This document shows, one piece after another, positions 8,717 to 18,426 of a stretch of DNA of 53,750 nt. The notes under the pieces were generated by a model. It ran no database searches. It saw only the letters and a program-made list of their open reading frames with translations, and was not told where the DNA came from. The translations under genes and the position numbers were made by a program. The stretch spans positions 1 through 53,750 of the forward strand of contig PNNM01000001.1 of NCBI GenBank assembly GCA_013824215.1, given 5' to 3'. Position 1 is the stretch's first letter; each line of letters begins with the position of its first letter. The DNA is from Coriobacteriaceae bacterium. Lineage in GTDB: Bacteria; Actinomycetota; Coriobacteriia; Anaerosomatales; D1FN1-002.

Positions 8717-9217
8717 ATGGTCGAGACGTACAGGTGCAAGAGCTGCGGGTACTTCCACGTCGGTCCCGCCCCGGAGCACTGCCCGGTGTGCGGGGCGCCC
8801 AAGACGATGTTCGCCGAGTACGACGGCCCTGGCGATCTCAACGGCACCAAGACGCTCGAGAACCTCAAAGCCGCCTTCGCCGGCGAGTCGCAGGCCAACC
8901 GCCGCTACACGCTGTTCGCACGCATCGCGGAGCTCGAGGGCAACCACACCGCCCGGGCGGCGTTCGAGCGTGCCGCGGCCGAGGAGACCGCCCATGCGCT
9001 CGGGCATCTCGCCTACATGTCCGCCTTCGGCGCGACCTCGGAGAACCTCACCGCTGCCGCCACGGGCGAGGACTACGAGAACACCGAGATGTACCCCTCG
9101 TTCGCCGCCACGGCCGAGGCCGAGGGCTACGCGGACATCGCCTACTTCTTCCGCTCGGTCGGCCGGTTCGAGGGGACGCACCGCGACGAGTACAAGAAGT
9201 CGGGTAGCGAGCAGTAG
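8717..9217 (+). CDS. Reverse rubrerythrin (N-terminal rubredoxin-like Cys4 domain plus diiron four-helix bundle)
   Basis: CKSCGY...CPVCGA precedes a ferritin-like domain with ExxH motifs (EETAHALGH, FEGTHRDEY). ATG 8717 follows AGGAGGAGG. The track ORF start at 8618 is upstream of the RBS. Confidence 0.85.
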   Translation: MVETYRCKSCGYFHVGPAPEHCPVCGAPKTMFAEYDGPGDLNGTKTLENLKAAFAGESQANRRYTLFARIAELEGNHTARAAFERAAAEETAHALGHLAYMSAFGATSENLTAAATGEDYENTEMYPSFAATAEAEGYADIAYFFRSVGRFEGTHRDEYKKSGSEQ

Positions 9218-9222
9218 CGCGC

Positions 9223-10257
9223 ATGTCCGACGCCGGCCGCGAGGACATCAAAGCGCTCGGCCGGGAGGAGCTCGGCCGTGCGCTGTCGGGACTGGGCCAG
9301 CCCGCCTATCGCACGGGACAGATCCTCGCCTGGCTCCACGCACGTGGGGTACGCAGCTTCGACGAGATGACCGACCTGCCCGCGGCGCTTCGCGCGGAGC
9401 TGGCCGGGCGTTTCGACGTCAACGTGCCCTCACTCGCGGAATGCCAGGTCTCTCGCGACGGCACGCGCAAGTACCTGTGGCGTCTGGCGGACGGGGTGAC
9501 GGTCGAATCGGTGGGGCTTCCCGAGAGCGACCGGCTCACCGTGTGCTTCTCCACGCAGGCCGGCTGCGCGATGGGGTGCGCGTTCTGCGCGACCGGTCGC
9601 GGCGGTCTCGTCCGCGACCTCGTCGCCGGCGAGATGGTCGATCAGGTGAGGCTCGTGGCGGAGGATCTCGGCGTCCGGGCGACAGGCGCCGTCGCCATGG
9701 GCCAGGGCGAGCCGTTCGCGAACTACGACGCGACCCTCGCGGCCTTGCGCCTGATGAACTCACCCGACGGCCTCGGGATCGGCGCCCGCCACCTCACCGT
9801 CTCGACATGCGGATTGCCGGAGCGCATCCGCGCTTTCGCCTCCGAACCCGAGCAGTTCACGCTCGCGATCTCGCTGCACTCGGCGGTCCAAGCGACCCGC
9901 GACTCGCTCATGCCCGGCGTCGCCGGGATCCCCCTCGGCGACCTGCGACGGGCGGTGGCCGACTACGCGGATCGCACCGGCCGCCGACCGACCTTCGAGT
10001 ATGCGCTGGTCGGAGGCGTGAACGACTCCGCCGGGGAGCTCCGGGCGCTCGTAGCCTTCTGCTCCGGGTCGCTGTGCCACGTCAACCTCATCCCCGCCAA
10101 CCCCGTGGAGGGCTCGGGTCTGCGGCGCGCGCCGGCCGACCGGGGCCGTGTCTTCGCCGAGGCGCTCGCGAGGGCAGGGGTGGAGACCTCGCTCAGACGG
10201 GAGCGCGGCGCCGACATCGACGCGGCATGCGGACAGCTCCGGCAGAGGAGCGGCTGA
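9223..10257 (+). CDS. rlmN: 23S rRNA/tRNA adenine-C2 methyltransferase RlmN (radical SAM)
   Basis: YRTGQILAWLH in the N-terminal domain, the radical-SAM motif CAMGCAFCATG, and the conserved C-terminal CGQL. Confidence 0.9.
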   Translation: MSDAGREDIKALGREELGRALSGLGQPAYRTGQILAWLHARGVRSFDEMTDLPAALRAELAGRFDVNVPSLAECQVSRDGTRKYLWRLADGVTVESVGLPESDRLTVCFSTQAGCAMGCAFCATGRGGLVRDLVAGEMVDQVRLVAEDLGVRATGAVAMGQGEPFANYDATLAALRLMNSPDGLGIGARHLTVSTCGLPERIRAFASEPEQFTLAISLHSAVQATRDSLMPGVAGIPLGDLRRAVADYADRTGRRPTFEYALVGGVNDSAGELRALVAFCSGSLCHVNLIPANPVEGSGLRRAPADRGRVFAEALARAGVETSLRRERGADIDAACGQLRQRSG

Positions 10258-10287
10258 GTCCGCTTCCCCCGCACCGTGCCTAGGGTC

Positions 10288-10761
10288 TCAGTAGCGGAGC
10301 CTGTCCGGGTCCGCGGCCCACTCGTCGAGAACCGCGCTCGCCTCGTCCGCCAGCAGACGCTCCGAGGGCAGCTCGCGCTGCGCCGGGGCGAGGGCCACCT
10401 CGCGGTGGAGCCTGACGTCGTCGAAGCCGATCCTCGCGGCGTCCTCGGCGGTGTTCGCGTAGTAGACACGGTCCAGCCGCGCCCAGTAGACGGCCGCCAG
10501 ACACATGGGGCACGGCTCGCACGTCGTGTAGATGACCGCCCCTTCCAGCGAGAACACGCCGAGCCGCTCGCACGCGGCACGGATCGCGACCACCTCCGCG
10601 TGAGCGGTGGGATCGTTGTCGCCGGTGACCCGGTTCCACCCTTCGCCCACGATCTCGCCGTCCATGACCACCACCGCCCCGAACGGGCCGCCGTCACCGT
10701 CCCCCATCCGGGCGCGACTGAGGGCGATGGCGTGTCGCATGAAGTCCTCGTGGCTCGGCAT
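10288..10761 (-). CDS. CMP/dCMP-type zinc deaminase (guanine/nucleoside deaminase-like)
   Basis: The HAEV...TCEPCPMC zinc-binding signature, plus WARLDRVYYANTAEDAARIGFDD, which is typical of the GuaD-like subgroup. I chose ATG 10761 (MPSHEDFMRHAI). Confidence 0.75.
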   Translation of the reverse strand: MPSHEDFMRHAIALSRARMGDGDGGPFGAVVVMDGEIVGEGWNRVTGDNDPTAHAEVVAIRAACERLGVFSLEGAVIYTTCEPCPMCLAAVYWARLDRVYYANTAEDAARIGFDDVRLHREVALAPAQRELPSERLLADEASAVLDEWAADPDRLRY

Positions 10762-10917
10762 GCCGCCCCCTCGTCTCCTCGGCCGATACGGCGTGTTCGT
10801 GTGGCGATCGCCCGCCGCGAGCATATCCGACGCGGGCGCTCATGCTGCCCCCTCACCGCCACGCGACCCCCGAGAAGATACCCGCGCGCACCGGTGGGGC
10901 CGCGGACGGACGCGCAG

Positions 10918-13900
10918 CTAGCACCCCGGCCGATCGACCGGGCACAGCCCCCCCAGCGCCACGCACTCCCCGCAGACGTCGGCTCGGTACGTCTCGAGCG
11001 GTGCGTACTCCCCCCGCTCCATCGCTACCACGCGCCCGCCGATCTCGGCGCGTATCGCGTCGGCCTCTTCGGCCCGGAACTCGAGGTCGACGGTCCGCGC
11101 CTCCAACTCGACGAAGACGAACCTCGCGCGCACCCGCTGCGCGCCGGCCGCGAAGGCGGCGAGCGCATAGCAGCGCGCCTGCAGTCCGTACGCCTCGCGC
11201 TGGTGCTCTGACAGCGACCACCCGGGGTCGCGCCCGGTCTTGTAGTCCACGACGAGCGCGTCGCTGCCTGTCCATGCGAGCAGGTCCATGCTCCCGACGA
11301 GCCTGACCGGACCGAGCGGCAAGCCGAACGGGTGCTCGCGTGAGACGCGCTCGGCCGTCGCCACCTCCGAGGCGACCTCCGAGGTCCGATACGCGGCCAC
11401 CGCGGTCCGAAGCCGGTCGGCCTCCCCTTCGGACAACCCGAAGCGCGTCATGGCGGCCTCGACGGGCCCGTCTCCCGCTCCCGCCTCGAGCACCGAGTGC
11501 ACCGCCTTGCCGAGCTCCGTCGCGCGGGCCTGGGCCGGATCGCGGAGCGCGGCGAGCCCGAGTACGTTCTGGATGTAGAACCGGTACGGGCACGCGTCGT
11601 ACGACTTGAGTGACGAGTACGAGACGGTCTCGGGCAGCAGCACGGGCCCGGCGCAGACCGCCACCGCCTTCATGGACCGCTCCGCGGCGTCCTCGGCGCG
11701 GTCCAGCGCGTCAGACACGGGAACGGCGAGCGACGAGGTTCCCTCCGGCGACCGGCGCGCGGCGGGGGCGTCGGGCGAGCCGGCGTCGACGAGCGTCCAA
11801 GGCACGCGCAGCCCCGACCCGAGAACGAGCTCGGCGGTGGCCTCCGGAGCCCCGAAGGCCCGGAAGAACGGATGCAGGTGGGTGTCCGCGCGCGGCGCGC
11901 TCGTCTTGGCGTTCGCGGGGGTGGAGCCCACGAGGAAGAGCGCCTCCCGGGCGCGCGTGCACGCCACGTAGGCGATCCTCAACTCCTCCTCTCGCGAACG
12001 TTCCTGCGAGGCCTCTCGCAGCCGCTCGTAACCCGGGCCGGCCACGCGATCCAGTCCCGACCCGTCGGATGGGAAACGGATCCCGAGCATCGGGCGCCCG
12101 TCCAGCCGGTCGACCAAGAAGTGCGGGGCCTCCCGATCGTTCGCCCCCTTGCCGAGGTCCGCGAAGAACACCACGGGGAACTCCAGGCCCTTGGCACTGT
12201 GGACGCTCATGATCCGCACCGCGGCCTCTTCGGTGGCGAGCGGGGCGGCCGCCTCGCGCGACACGTGCCGCTCGTGCTCGTCGAGGTAGGCCAGGAACGC
12301 ACCCGGGTCGCCCGGCGTGAGCGCCTCCCATTCGGCCGCCATGCGGACCAGTTTGAGTACGTTGCGCCACTCGCGAGCACCCTCGCGACCGGAAGCCAGC
12401 AGAGTCAGGTCGTAGTCGAACTGCGCTGCCGCCTCGCGCAGGAGGTCCGCCACCGAGCAGCGGGTCAGGCTTCCCCGGAGGCCGACGAGGACCTCTATCG
12501 CGGCGCTGAGACGCTGCGCCTGCTCCCGCGTGACCCCTTCGGCCTTGCCCCGGGAGGCGGGGACCACCGCCTTCCACAGGGGTGTCCTGCGACCGGTGTC
12601 GTTCGCGAGGCGCCTGATCGCCATGAGTGTGTCGTCATCGAGGCCGACGAGCGGACCCCCGAGCACGCGCACGAGGGCCTCATCGTCCTCCGGCAGCACG
12701 AGCACCTTGAGCAGTGCGCGCAGATCGGTGACGACAGCGGAGCCGAAGAACAGCTCGCCCGAGGCGAGGTAGACGTCCACTCCCCGGTCGCGGATCGCCT
12801 CGGCATAGACGGGGGCGTTGGTCATCGCGCGGAGCAGGACCACGATCCCGGCCGGGTCGACGCCCCGGTCAACGAGCTCCCGCACGCGCAGCGCGACCTC
12901 GCGCGCCTCGGCCTCGCGGGGTCTCAGCGCCCCCGCCGTCCTGCCGTCGACCACGACGGCCTCGATGCGCGGGAGCCCGTCCGGCCAAGCCTCGGTGACC
13001 CCGCCCTCACGGAACGGCTCCAACCGCATGAGAGACTCCCCGAAGAACGCGTCGCCGGAGAAGACCTCGTTGACGAAGTCGAGCACCTCGGGGTGGGAGC
13101 GGAAGTTCCTCGCGAGCGGCAGGCGCCGGTCGACCTCCGAGGCAAGCCGCTCGAACAGACCCACGTCGGCGTAGCGCCACGCGTAGATCGCCTGCTTGTC
13201 GTCGCCTACGACGCACAGGTTGCCGTCTCGGATCGGCTCGACCACGTTCATCTGCAGTCCGTTGGTGTCCTGGAACTCGTCGATCATGAGCAGCTTGAAC
13301 GCGTCACGGTACCGGCGCGCCGTCGGAGGTGAATCCTGGAACAGCCGCGCTGTGGCATCCGCGACGTCGGCGAAGTCCATGACACCCCGTGCCTGCTTGG
13401 CGATGGTGTAGCGGCCGTCGAACTCCCTCACGAGCGCGACGAACGCGGCGGCGTGGGGAGCCAGTGCCAGACCGGCGACCGCCTCCACCGCGACCTGGAG
13501 CGCGTCCTTGGCCGCGCGCGCGAGCTCGGCGGGCTTGGCACCCGCGTTGAACTTCACCGAGGTCAGGGATATGAGCAGCTCCCGCCCGTCGTCCGGGCTG
13601 ATGGGGGCGGATGCGGAGGCCAGGCTCTCTAGGACCGCGCCGCAGGCCTCGTGGTTGGCGCACCGGGTCGGCACGTCCAGCCCGCACGCTTCGATCCCGT
13701 CGCGGAACATCCCGGCGGCGGTCCTCAGCCCGCTCAGCGCCGGCTCGAGGTCGGCGGCCAGCGGCTCGATCTCCTGCACGGACAGTCCCATCCGGCGCAC
13801 GCGCTCGTGCGTGTCCGAGACGCATCGCCTCAGCGTGTCGGCCCCGTACATCTCGAGCAGCGCGAACGCCCCGCCGCCGTGTTGGCGGCAGCAGCGCAGC

Positions 13901-14319
13901 ACATCACTCAGCGCCTGGTCACGAAGGATCCCGGCCTCCACCTCGGAGATGGTGCGGAAGTAGGGGTCTACGCCGGCCTCGAGCGCGTGGCGTCTGAGGA
14001 TCCGGTTGCAGAACGAGTCGATCGTCGAGATCCACGCCTCATCCACCCGCCGCGCGAGTGCGGGCCGGGCCGCCTCGGACACGACTACGCGGCGGACACG
14101 CTCCGCCAGCTCCGCGGCCGCTTTGCGGGTGAACGTTATCGCGAGCACCTCGTCCACCGAGGCGCGCGCGGACGTGCCGTCGTCCGGCGAGACCGCGTAC
14201 GCGAACCGCCTCGCCAGCACGGTGGTCTTGCCGGAGCCGGCACCCGCGGCGATGACGACATCACCGTCGAGCGCGCGGATAGCCGCAAGCTGTTCCGCGG
14301 TGGGCTCGAGCGAGCTCAT
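10918..14319 (-). CDS. addA: ATP-dependent helicase/nuclease subunit A (UvrD/PcrA-type motor plus C-terminal PD-(D/E)XK nuclease with a 4-Cys motif)
   Basis: Walker A AGAGSGKTTVL, then DEFQDTN, VGDDKQAIYAWR, NFRSHPEVL, SVHSAKGLEFPVVF and YVACTRAREAL. Nuclease motif VVDYKTG. Cysteines at CPYRFY and CGECVALGGLC. Confidence 0.85.
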   Translation of the reverse strand: MSSLEPTAEQLAAIRALDGDVVIAAGAGSGKTTVLARRFAYAVSPDDGTSARASVDEVLAITFTRKAAAELAERVRRVVVSEAARPALARRVDEAWISTIDSFCNRILRRHALEAGVDPYFRTISEVEAGILRDQALSDVLRCCRQHGGGAFALLEMYGADTLRRCVSDTHERVRRMGLSVQEIEPLAADLEPALSGLRTAAGMFRDGIEACGLDVPTRCANHEACGAVLESLASASAPISPDDGRELLISLTSVKFNAGAKPAELARAAKDALQVAVEAVAGLALAPHAAAFVALVREFDGRYTIAKQARGVMDFADVADATARLFQDSPPTARRYRDAFKLLMIDEFQDTNGLQMNVVEPIRDGNLCVVGDDKQAIYAWRYADVGLFERLASEVDRRLPLARNFRSHPEVLDFVNEVFSGDAFFGESLMRLEPFREGGVTEAWPDGLPRIEAVVVDGRTAGALRPREAEAREVALRVRELVDRGVDPAGIVVLLRAMTNAPVYAEAIRDRGVDVYLASGELFFGSAVVTDLRALLKVLVLPEDDEALVRVLGGPLVGLDDDTLMAIRRLANDTGRRTPLWKAVVPASRGKAEGVTREQAQRLSAAIEVLVGLRGSLTRCSVADLLREAAAQFDYDLTLLASGREGAREWRNVLKLVRMAAEWEALTPGDPGAFLAYLDEHERHVSREAAAPLATEEAAVRIMSVHSAKGLEFPVVFFADLGKGANDREAPHFLVDRLDGRPMLGIRFPSDGSGLDRVAGPGYERLREASQERSREEELRIAYVACTRAREALFLVGSTPANAKTSAPRADTHLHPFFRAFGAPEATAELVLGSGLRVPWTLVDAGSPDAPAARRSPEGTSSLAVPVSDALDRAEDAAERSMKAVAVCAGPVLLPETVSYSSLKSYDACPYRFYIQNVLGLAALRDPAQARATELGKAVHSVLEAGAGDGPVEAAMTRFGLSEGEADRLRTAVAAYRTSEVASEVATAERVSREHPFGLPLGPVRLVGSMDLLAWTGSDALVVDYKTGRDPGWSLSEHQREAYGLQARCYALAAFAAGAQRVRARFVFVELEARTVDLEFRAEEADAIRAEIGGRVVAMERGEYAPLETYRADVCGECVALGGLCPVDRPGC

Positions 14320-17171
14320 GCGCCATCACCGCCGCACATGCCTTGCGCCGGGCAATACCTGCAACGGCCGGCGGCGGCGGCTCTCCCGATCCGCCCCGAG
14401 CGAATGCTCGCGACAGCCGCCGCCGCCGCCTGCACAGCTCGATCGACCACGGCATCGAAGGCCGGCTCGTCGACCGCGTCGCTCCTGCTCACACCCCCAT
14501 GGACCGCACCGTCCAGATACGGTCCCCGGAACTTGGCGCCGGATGTGGTGCCCAGCCCCGCGTAGAGCCCCCCGACCACACGCAGGCCGAGCAGCCGCCG
14601 GACCGCCGCCACGTAGAGCGGCACCTGGAGCACGGGTTCCGAGTCGTACTCGGCGGGTGTGCTCACACCGCCGTACTTGTAGTCGATGACAAGTGCGTTG
14701 CCGTGTCCGTCGACATCGATCCGGTCTATTCGGCCCGACATCGCGAAATCGCCGAGGTCGACCTCGGGCGCGGCGCTCTTGTACGGCCCGAAGGACCACT
14801 CGACGTGCGCGGGCGCGAAACCCTCGAGCGTGCCTGCCTCAGCGCGCAGGTGGCGCAGCACGCGCGCCCGGACGGTCATGCCAACCTCGTCCGCCAGGTG
14901 CTCGGGCACCTCCCCCTCACGCAGCGCGACGCGCATCGCCGCGTCGACCGCGGCCGGGTCCGCTTCCGGACGGCGTCCCGTCCCGCACAAGGGCCGGTAG
15001 ATCTCCTTCAGGGCCGCGTGCGCCACCCGGCCGTACACGAGGCCGTCCACCTCGAAGTCGACGGACTCCATGTGAAGACACCGGGAGACGAACCAGCGAT
15101 ACGGGCAGCCCGCGTATCTCTCGAGTTCTCCGGCCGCGAAGCACGTGCGCTCGGCAAGTTCCCGCAGGTTGGTCGGCTCCGTGAGCACGCCTGTGCGCGA
15201 TCGGCTGCGCGCGTGCGCCACCGCCACGCGCGCTTCCGTCACCTCCACGCCCGCGTCCGCGGAACAGACGGCCATCGCCACCGTCCTCAGTCCGCGGCGC
15301 AGGGAGTTGCTCGCATGCTCGCCGAGCGCGACCTCGGCCATCCCACTGGCGCGGTCGCACACGAGGGGCGCCTCGTCCTCCGCCTCTAGGCCCACAGGCC
15401 GGTAGAAGTCCCGCAGCTCCTCCCAGAAGACCGAGGGTCCGAGTGGCGATCCGCTCGAGTCCGCTGTCTGCCGGCTCACTACGAGATGGCTCCTCGCCTG
15501 GGTGATCGCGTCGTAGAAGAGCGCTCGCTCCGCCGGTGCTCCACCCCACGTCGGCGGATCCGAACCCACCGAGCCGAACAGCGCGGCCACGTCGGCGGAC
15601 CCGAGCGCGTCCTCGCGGAGCGCGGGGAACTCGCCGGACACCAGACCCGCGACGATGACGGCCTCGAAACGCCGTCCGCGCACGCGCTCGACCCCCATGA
15701 CCTGCACGCGACCAGACCGTTCCGCTTCTCCTGTGGCGACCTCGAGGTCCGTGAGGACGGCACACAGCTCAGCTGCTGAGATGGCGATATCTTCTAGCGC
15801 GACGAGATCGGCGAGGGCCGTCATGACCGCCCGGTGGGCGGCGACGTCCGGGTCCGCCTCCGAGACCGGGCATCCGTCTCGCCCGTAGGCGGCGACCAGC
15901 ATGCCGTTCAGGATCCCGCTCCATGCTCGCGCTGCGTCCGCAGGCCCCGTCCTCGCTCCCGCCGAGCGGGCGCGCTCGAGGGCCTTGCCGGCCGGTCCGG
16001 TGAGCGCGCTCAACCCGGGCTCCAGGCCCGTCCCTCGGGTGACTCCCCGCTCGCGCCATCGGCGCTCGATCGCGACGACCTGCGCCGGCGACGCCCCCGA
16101 GTACGCGGACCGCAGGAAGCCGAGCACCTCCTCCCGCCCGCCGCTCGCGCAGAAACCGACGAGCGAGGAGAAGGCCCTGCCCAAAGGTGTTGCCGCGAAC
16201 GGGATCACCACGTCGTAGTCCGCTTCGATCCCGGCCTCCGCCAACGCGTGCCGCAGGACCGGGACGTGCGCTTCCGGTCTCCGGTAGACGACCGCGATGC
16301 GCTCGGCCGGGATCCCGTGCTCGATCCGGAACCGCAGCACTTCGGCGGCGATGCGATCCGCTTCGGCCTCATCCCCCTCGGCGGACGAGAAGACGACGTC
16401 GCCGCCCGGAGGCGCGGGCTCGGGGCCGGCGAAGAGCCCGGCCTCGATGCGGCGCAGCTCCTCCGAGGGAGTGTGGTCCGTCACGGCGGTCATCCGGACA
16501 TGCTCGCCGAGCGCCGCGAGCCGGCCTACGAGCGCGCTGACGGCTTCGGTCGGGGGGAACCCCTCCTCCCATGTGAACGTCACGAGGATGTCCGCGCCCG
16601 CCGCCGACAAGCTCCCGAGCGCGGCCTCCTGCCCGACCGTCAGGTCCGTGAACCGGTGCACCGCGACGGGGTGCACCGGCAGCGACCCGTTCCTCTCGAG
16701 GATCCCCACGATCTCGCCCGGCTCGATCATGCCGCGTCGCTGGAGTTCGGAGGCGTAGCTCGAGACCATCCCGCCGATCCCGCTCGATCCTGCGGCCTGC
16801 CTCCAGCGCTCCCCGGCGGCGTCCGCAAGGCCTTCGACCACGCGCCCGGCAAGGCGTGTCATGCCGCGCCTCTCGGGCGTGCCTTCCGCACCGGCCAGAT
16901 CGCGCAGCATGAGCGCGCGCTGGGTGGGCGTGACGACAGCGCGCCCGTCCCCGGCCCGCTCCCAAGCATCGCGCAGGAACCGCTCGAAGCGCGTGACGGT
17001 CAGGCCCGTCGGGCAGTCAGCCGCGAGCTCGGCGCGCGCGCGGGAGACGTCGGCGCGCGTGGGGAGGAGCAGCAACGGCTCGTCTCCGCGCGCCACGGAG
17101 TCGAGCAGGAACCGGCGCACCTCTCCGCTCCTGCCCGTGTTCGCGCGTCCTGTCAGCAACCTCAGTGGCAT
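14316..17171 (-). CDS. addB: Helicase/nuclease subunit B (AddB-like; degenerate ATPase N-terminus, C-terminal Fe-S-type PD-(D/E)XK nuclease)
   Basis: N-terminal GRANTGRSGEV (Walker A with Arg in place of Lys). Nuclease motif VIDYKYG. Cysteines at CPYRWF and CRYCPAQGMC. It overlaps addA by 4 bp (ATGA). Confidence 0.75.
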   Translation of the reverse strand: MPLRLLTGRANTGRSGEVRRFLLDSVARGDEPLLLLPTRADVSRARAELAADCPTGLTVTRFERFLRDAWERAGDGRAVVTPTQRALMLRDLAGAEGTPERRGMTRLAGRVVEGLADAAGERWRQAAGSSGIGGMVSSYASELQRRGMIEPGEIVGILERNGSLPVHPVAVHRFTDLTVGQEAALGSLSAAGADILVTFTWEEGFPPTEAVSALVGRLAALGEHVRMTAVTDHTPSEELRRIEAGLFAGPEPAPPGGDVVFSSAEGDEAEADRIAAEVLRFRIEHGIPAERIAVVYRRPEAHVPVLRHALAEAGIEADYDVVIPFAATPLGRAFSSLVGFCASGGREEVLGFLRSAYSGASPAQVVAIERRWRERGVTRGTGLEPGLSALTGPAGKALERARSAGARTGPADAARAWSGILNGMLVAAYGRDGCPVSEADPDVAAHRAVMTALADLVALEDIAISAAELCAVLTDLEVATGEAERSGRVQVMGVERVRGRRFEAVIVAGLVSGEFPALREDALGSADVAALFGSVGSDPPTWGGAPAERALFYDAITQARSHLVVSRQTADSSGSPLGPSVFWEELRDFYRPVGLEAEDEAPLVCDRASGMAEVALGEHASNSLRRGLRTVAMAVCSADAGVEVTEARVAVAHARSRSRTGVLTEPTNLRELAERTCFAAGELERYAGCPYRWFVSRCLHMESVDFEVDGLVYGRVAHAALKEIYRPLCGTGRRPEADPAAVDAAMRVALREGEVPEHLADEVGMTVRARVLRHLRAEAGTLEGFAPAHVEWSFGPYKSAAPEVDLGDFAMSGRIDRIDVDGHGNALVIDYKYGGVSTPAEYDSEPVLQVPLYVAAVRRLLGLRVVGGLYAGLGTTSGAKFRGPYLDGAVHGGVSRSDAVDEPAFDAVVDRAVQAAAAAVASIRSGRIGRAAAAGRCRYCPAQGMCGGDGA

Positions 17172-17257
17172 GTCGCCGCTGCGCGTCGGCCCCCGAGTTA
17201 AGACGCCGACGCCCCTCCCTTCGCGTCAGACAGGGACGCTACGCCCCGGCTCTGACA

Positions 17258-17560
17258 TCACAGGGTGGGTTGCGTGCGCGTATAGCGCTGGACGCCCTCG
17301 CGAAGCTCCCGCACCTTCCGCCAGGCGAGTTCCTCGTCCCGACCGAGGTAGTGGTCGACCCGGTCGTGGACGACACCTGCGGCCGCCTCCGCCCTCTCGG
17401 CGACGATCCGTGCCGCCTCCGCCATGCGCGCGGCCTCGTCCACGAGTCGCCGGCGTGTCCGCGTCCCGGGCGCGGGCGCGAACAGGATGCCCGCGAGCAG
17501 CCCCAGCCCGAACCCGAAGACCAAGCCGATGACGAGTCCTGCCGGGTACCCGCGCCTCAC
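17258..17560 (-). CDS. YtxH-like small membrane protein
   Basis: N-terminal Gly-rich TM helix GLVIGLVFGFGLGLLAGILFAP, followed by charged helical repeats. It overlaps the parB stop by 4 bp. Confidence 0.6.
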   Translation of the reverse strand: MRRGYPAGLVIGLVFGFGLGLLAGILFAPAPGTRTRRRLVDEAARMAEAARIVAERAEAAAGVVHDRVDHYLGRDEELAWRKVRELREGVQRYTRTQPTL

Positions 17561-18426
17561 GGCACATCACCGTCCCGCATCGCTTCGCCGCCCGTGAGCA
17601 GCCTGAACACGCGCTCGAGATCGTCCTCGGTATGGAAGTCGATCTCTATCTTGCCCTTCGCGGCGGTCTGCCGCACGCGGACGCCGGTCCCCAGGAGCCG
17701 CCTGAGTTTGCGCGCCACGATCTTGAACGACTTGGGCGCCGGCGTCCTGTGGGCACGCTCGGCCTGTCCCGCCGCGTAGAGCCGCGCGAGGTTCTCCGTC
17801 TCGCGCACCGACAACCCCTGCTCGGCGACCTTCGCGGCGAGATCCGCTCGCGCCGTCTCGTCCGGGACTCCGAGGATCGCCCTGCCGTGACCGGCACTCA
17901 GTCTGCCCTCGTAGACCATCGTCTGGACGTCGTCGGGCAGGTCGAGCAGGCGGAGCGCGTTGGTCACCGCGGAGCGGGACTTGCTGACTTTATCTGCCAG
18001 TTCGGCCTGCGTCATCTGGTGCTCGGAGAGCAGCCGCTTGTACCCCCTGGCCTCCTCCATCGGGTTGAGGTCCTCGCGCTGGAGGTTCTCGATCAGCGCG
18101 AACTGGAGCGCCTCGCTCTCGCCCATGCTCCGGACGCGTACCGGGACGCGCTCGAGACCGGCCTCCTTGGCCGCCCTCCATCGCCGCTCGCCGGCGACGA
18201 TCTGGTACCCCTCGCCGTGGGGGCGGACCAGGATGGGCTGGAGGATCCCGACCTTGCGCACCGAATCCGCGAGCTCGGCGATCCCCTCGTCGTCCATCGC
18301 GGTGCGAGGTTGCTTGGGATTGGGCGCGATGGTGTGCAGCGGGAGTTCGTGCTCCTCGCCCACCGCCTCCTGCGAGCTCGGGATCAGCGCGGACAGGCCG
18401 CGCCCGAGCCCTCTCCTGCTAGGCAC
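17557..18426 (-). CDS. parB: Chromosome partitioning protein ParB/Spo0J
   Basis: RGLGRGLSALI, the ParB box GILQPILVRP, GERRWRAAKEAGL, and the HTH region QAELADKVSKSRSAVTNALRLL. Confidence 0.95.
   Translation of the reverse strand: MPSRRGLGRGLSALIPSSQEAVGEEHELPLHTIAPNPKQPRTAMDDEGIAELADSVRKVGILQPILVRPHGEGYQIVAGERRWRAAKEAGLERVPVRVRSMGESEALQFALIENLQREDLNPMEEARGYKRLLSEHQMTQAELADKVSKSRSAVTNALRLLDLPDDVQTMVYEGRLSAGHGRAILGVPDETARADLAAKVAEQGLSVRETENLARLYAAGQAERAHRTPAPKSFKIVARKLRRLLGTGVRVRQTAAKGKIEIDFHTEDDLERVFRLLTGGEAMRDGDVP

Noticed and set aside
8055-10283. A 742-aa plus-strand ORF.
   Set aside because: It runs out of frame or antisense across the cytochrome, rubrerythrin and rlmN genes. The translation is dominated by Arg/Pro/Ala runs, so it is not a real gene.
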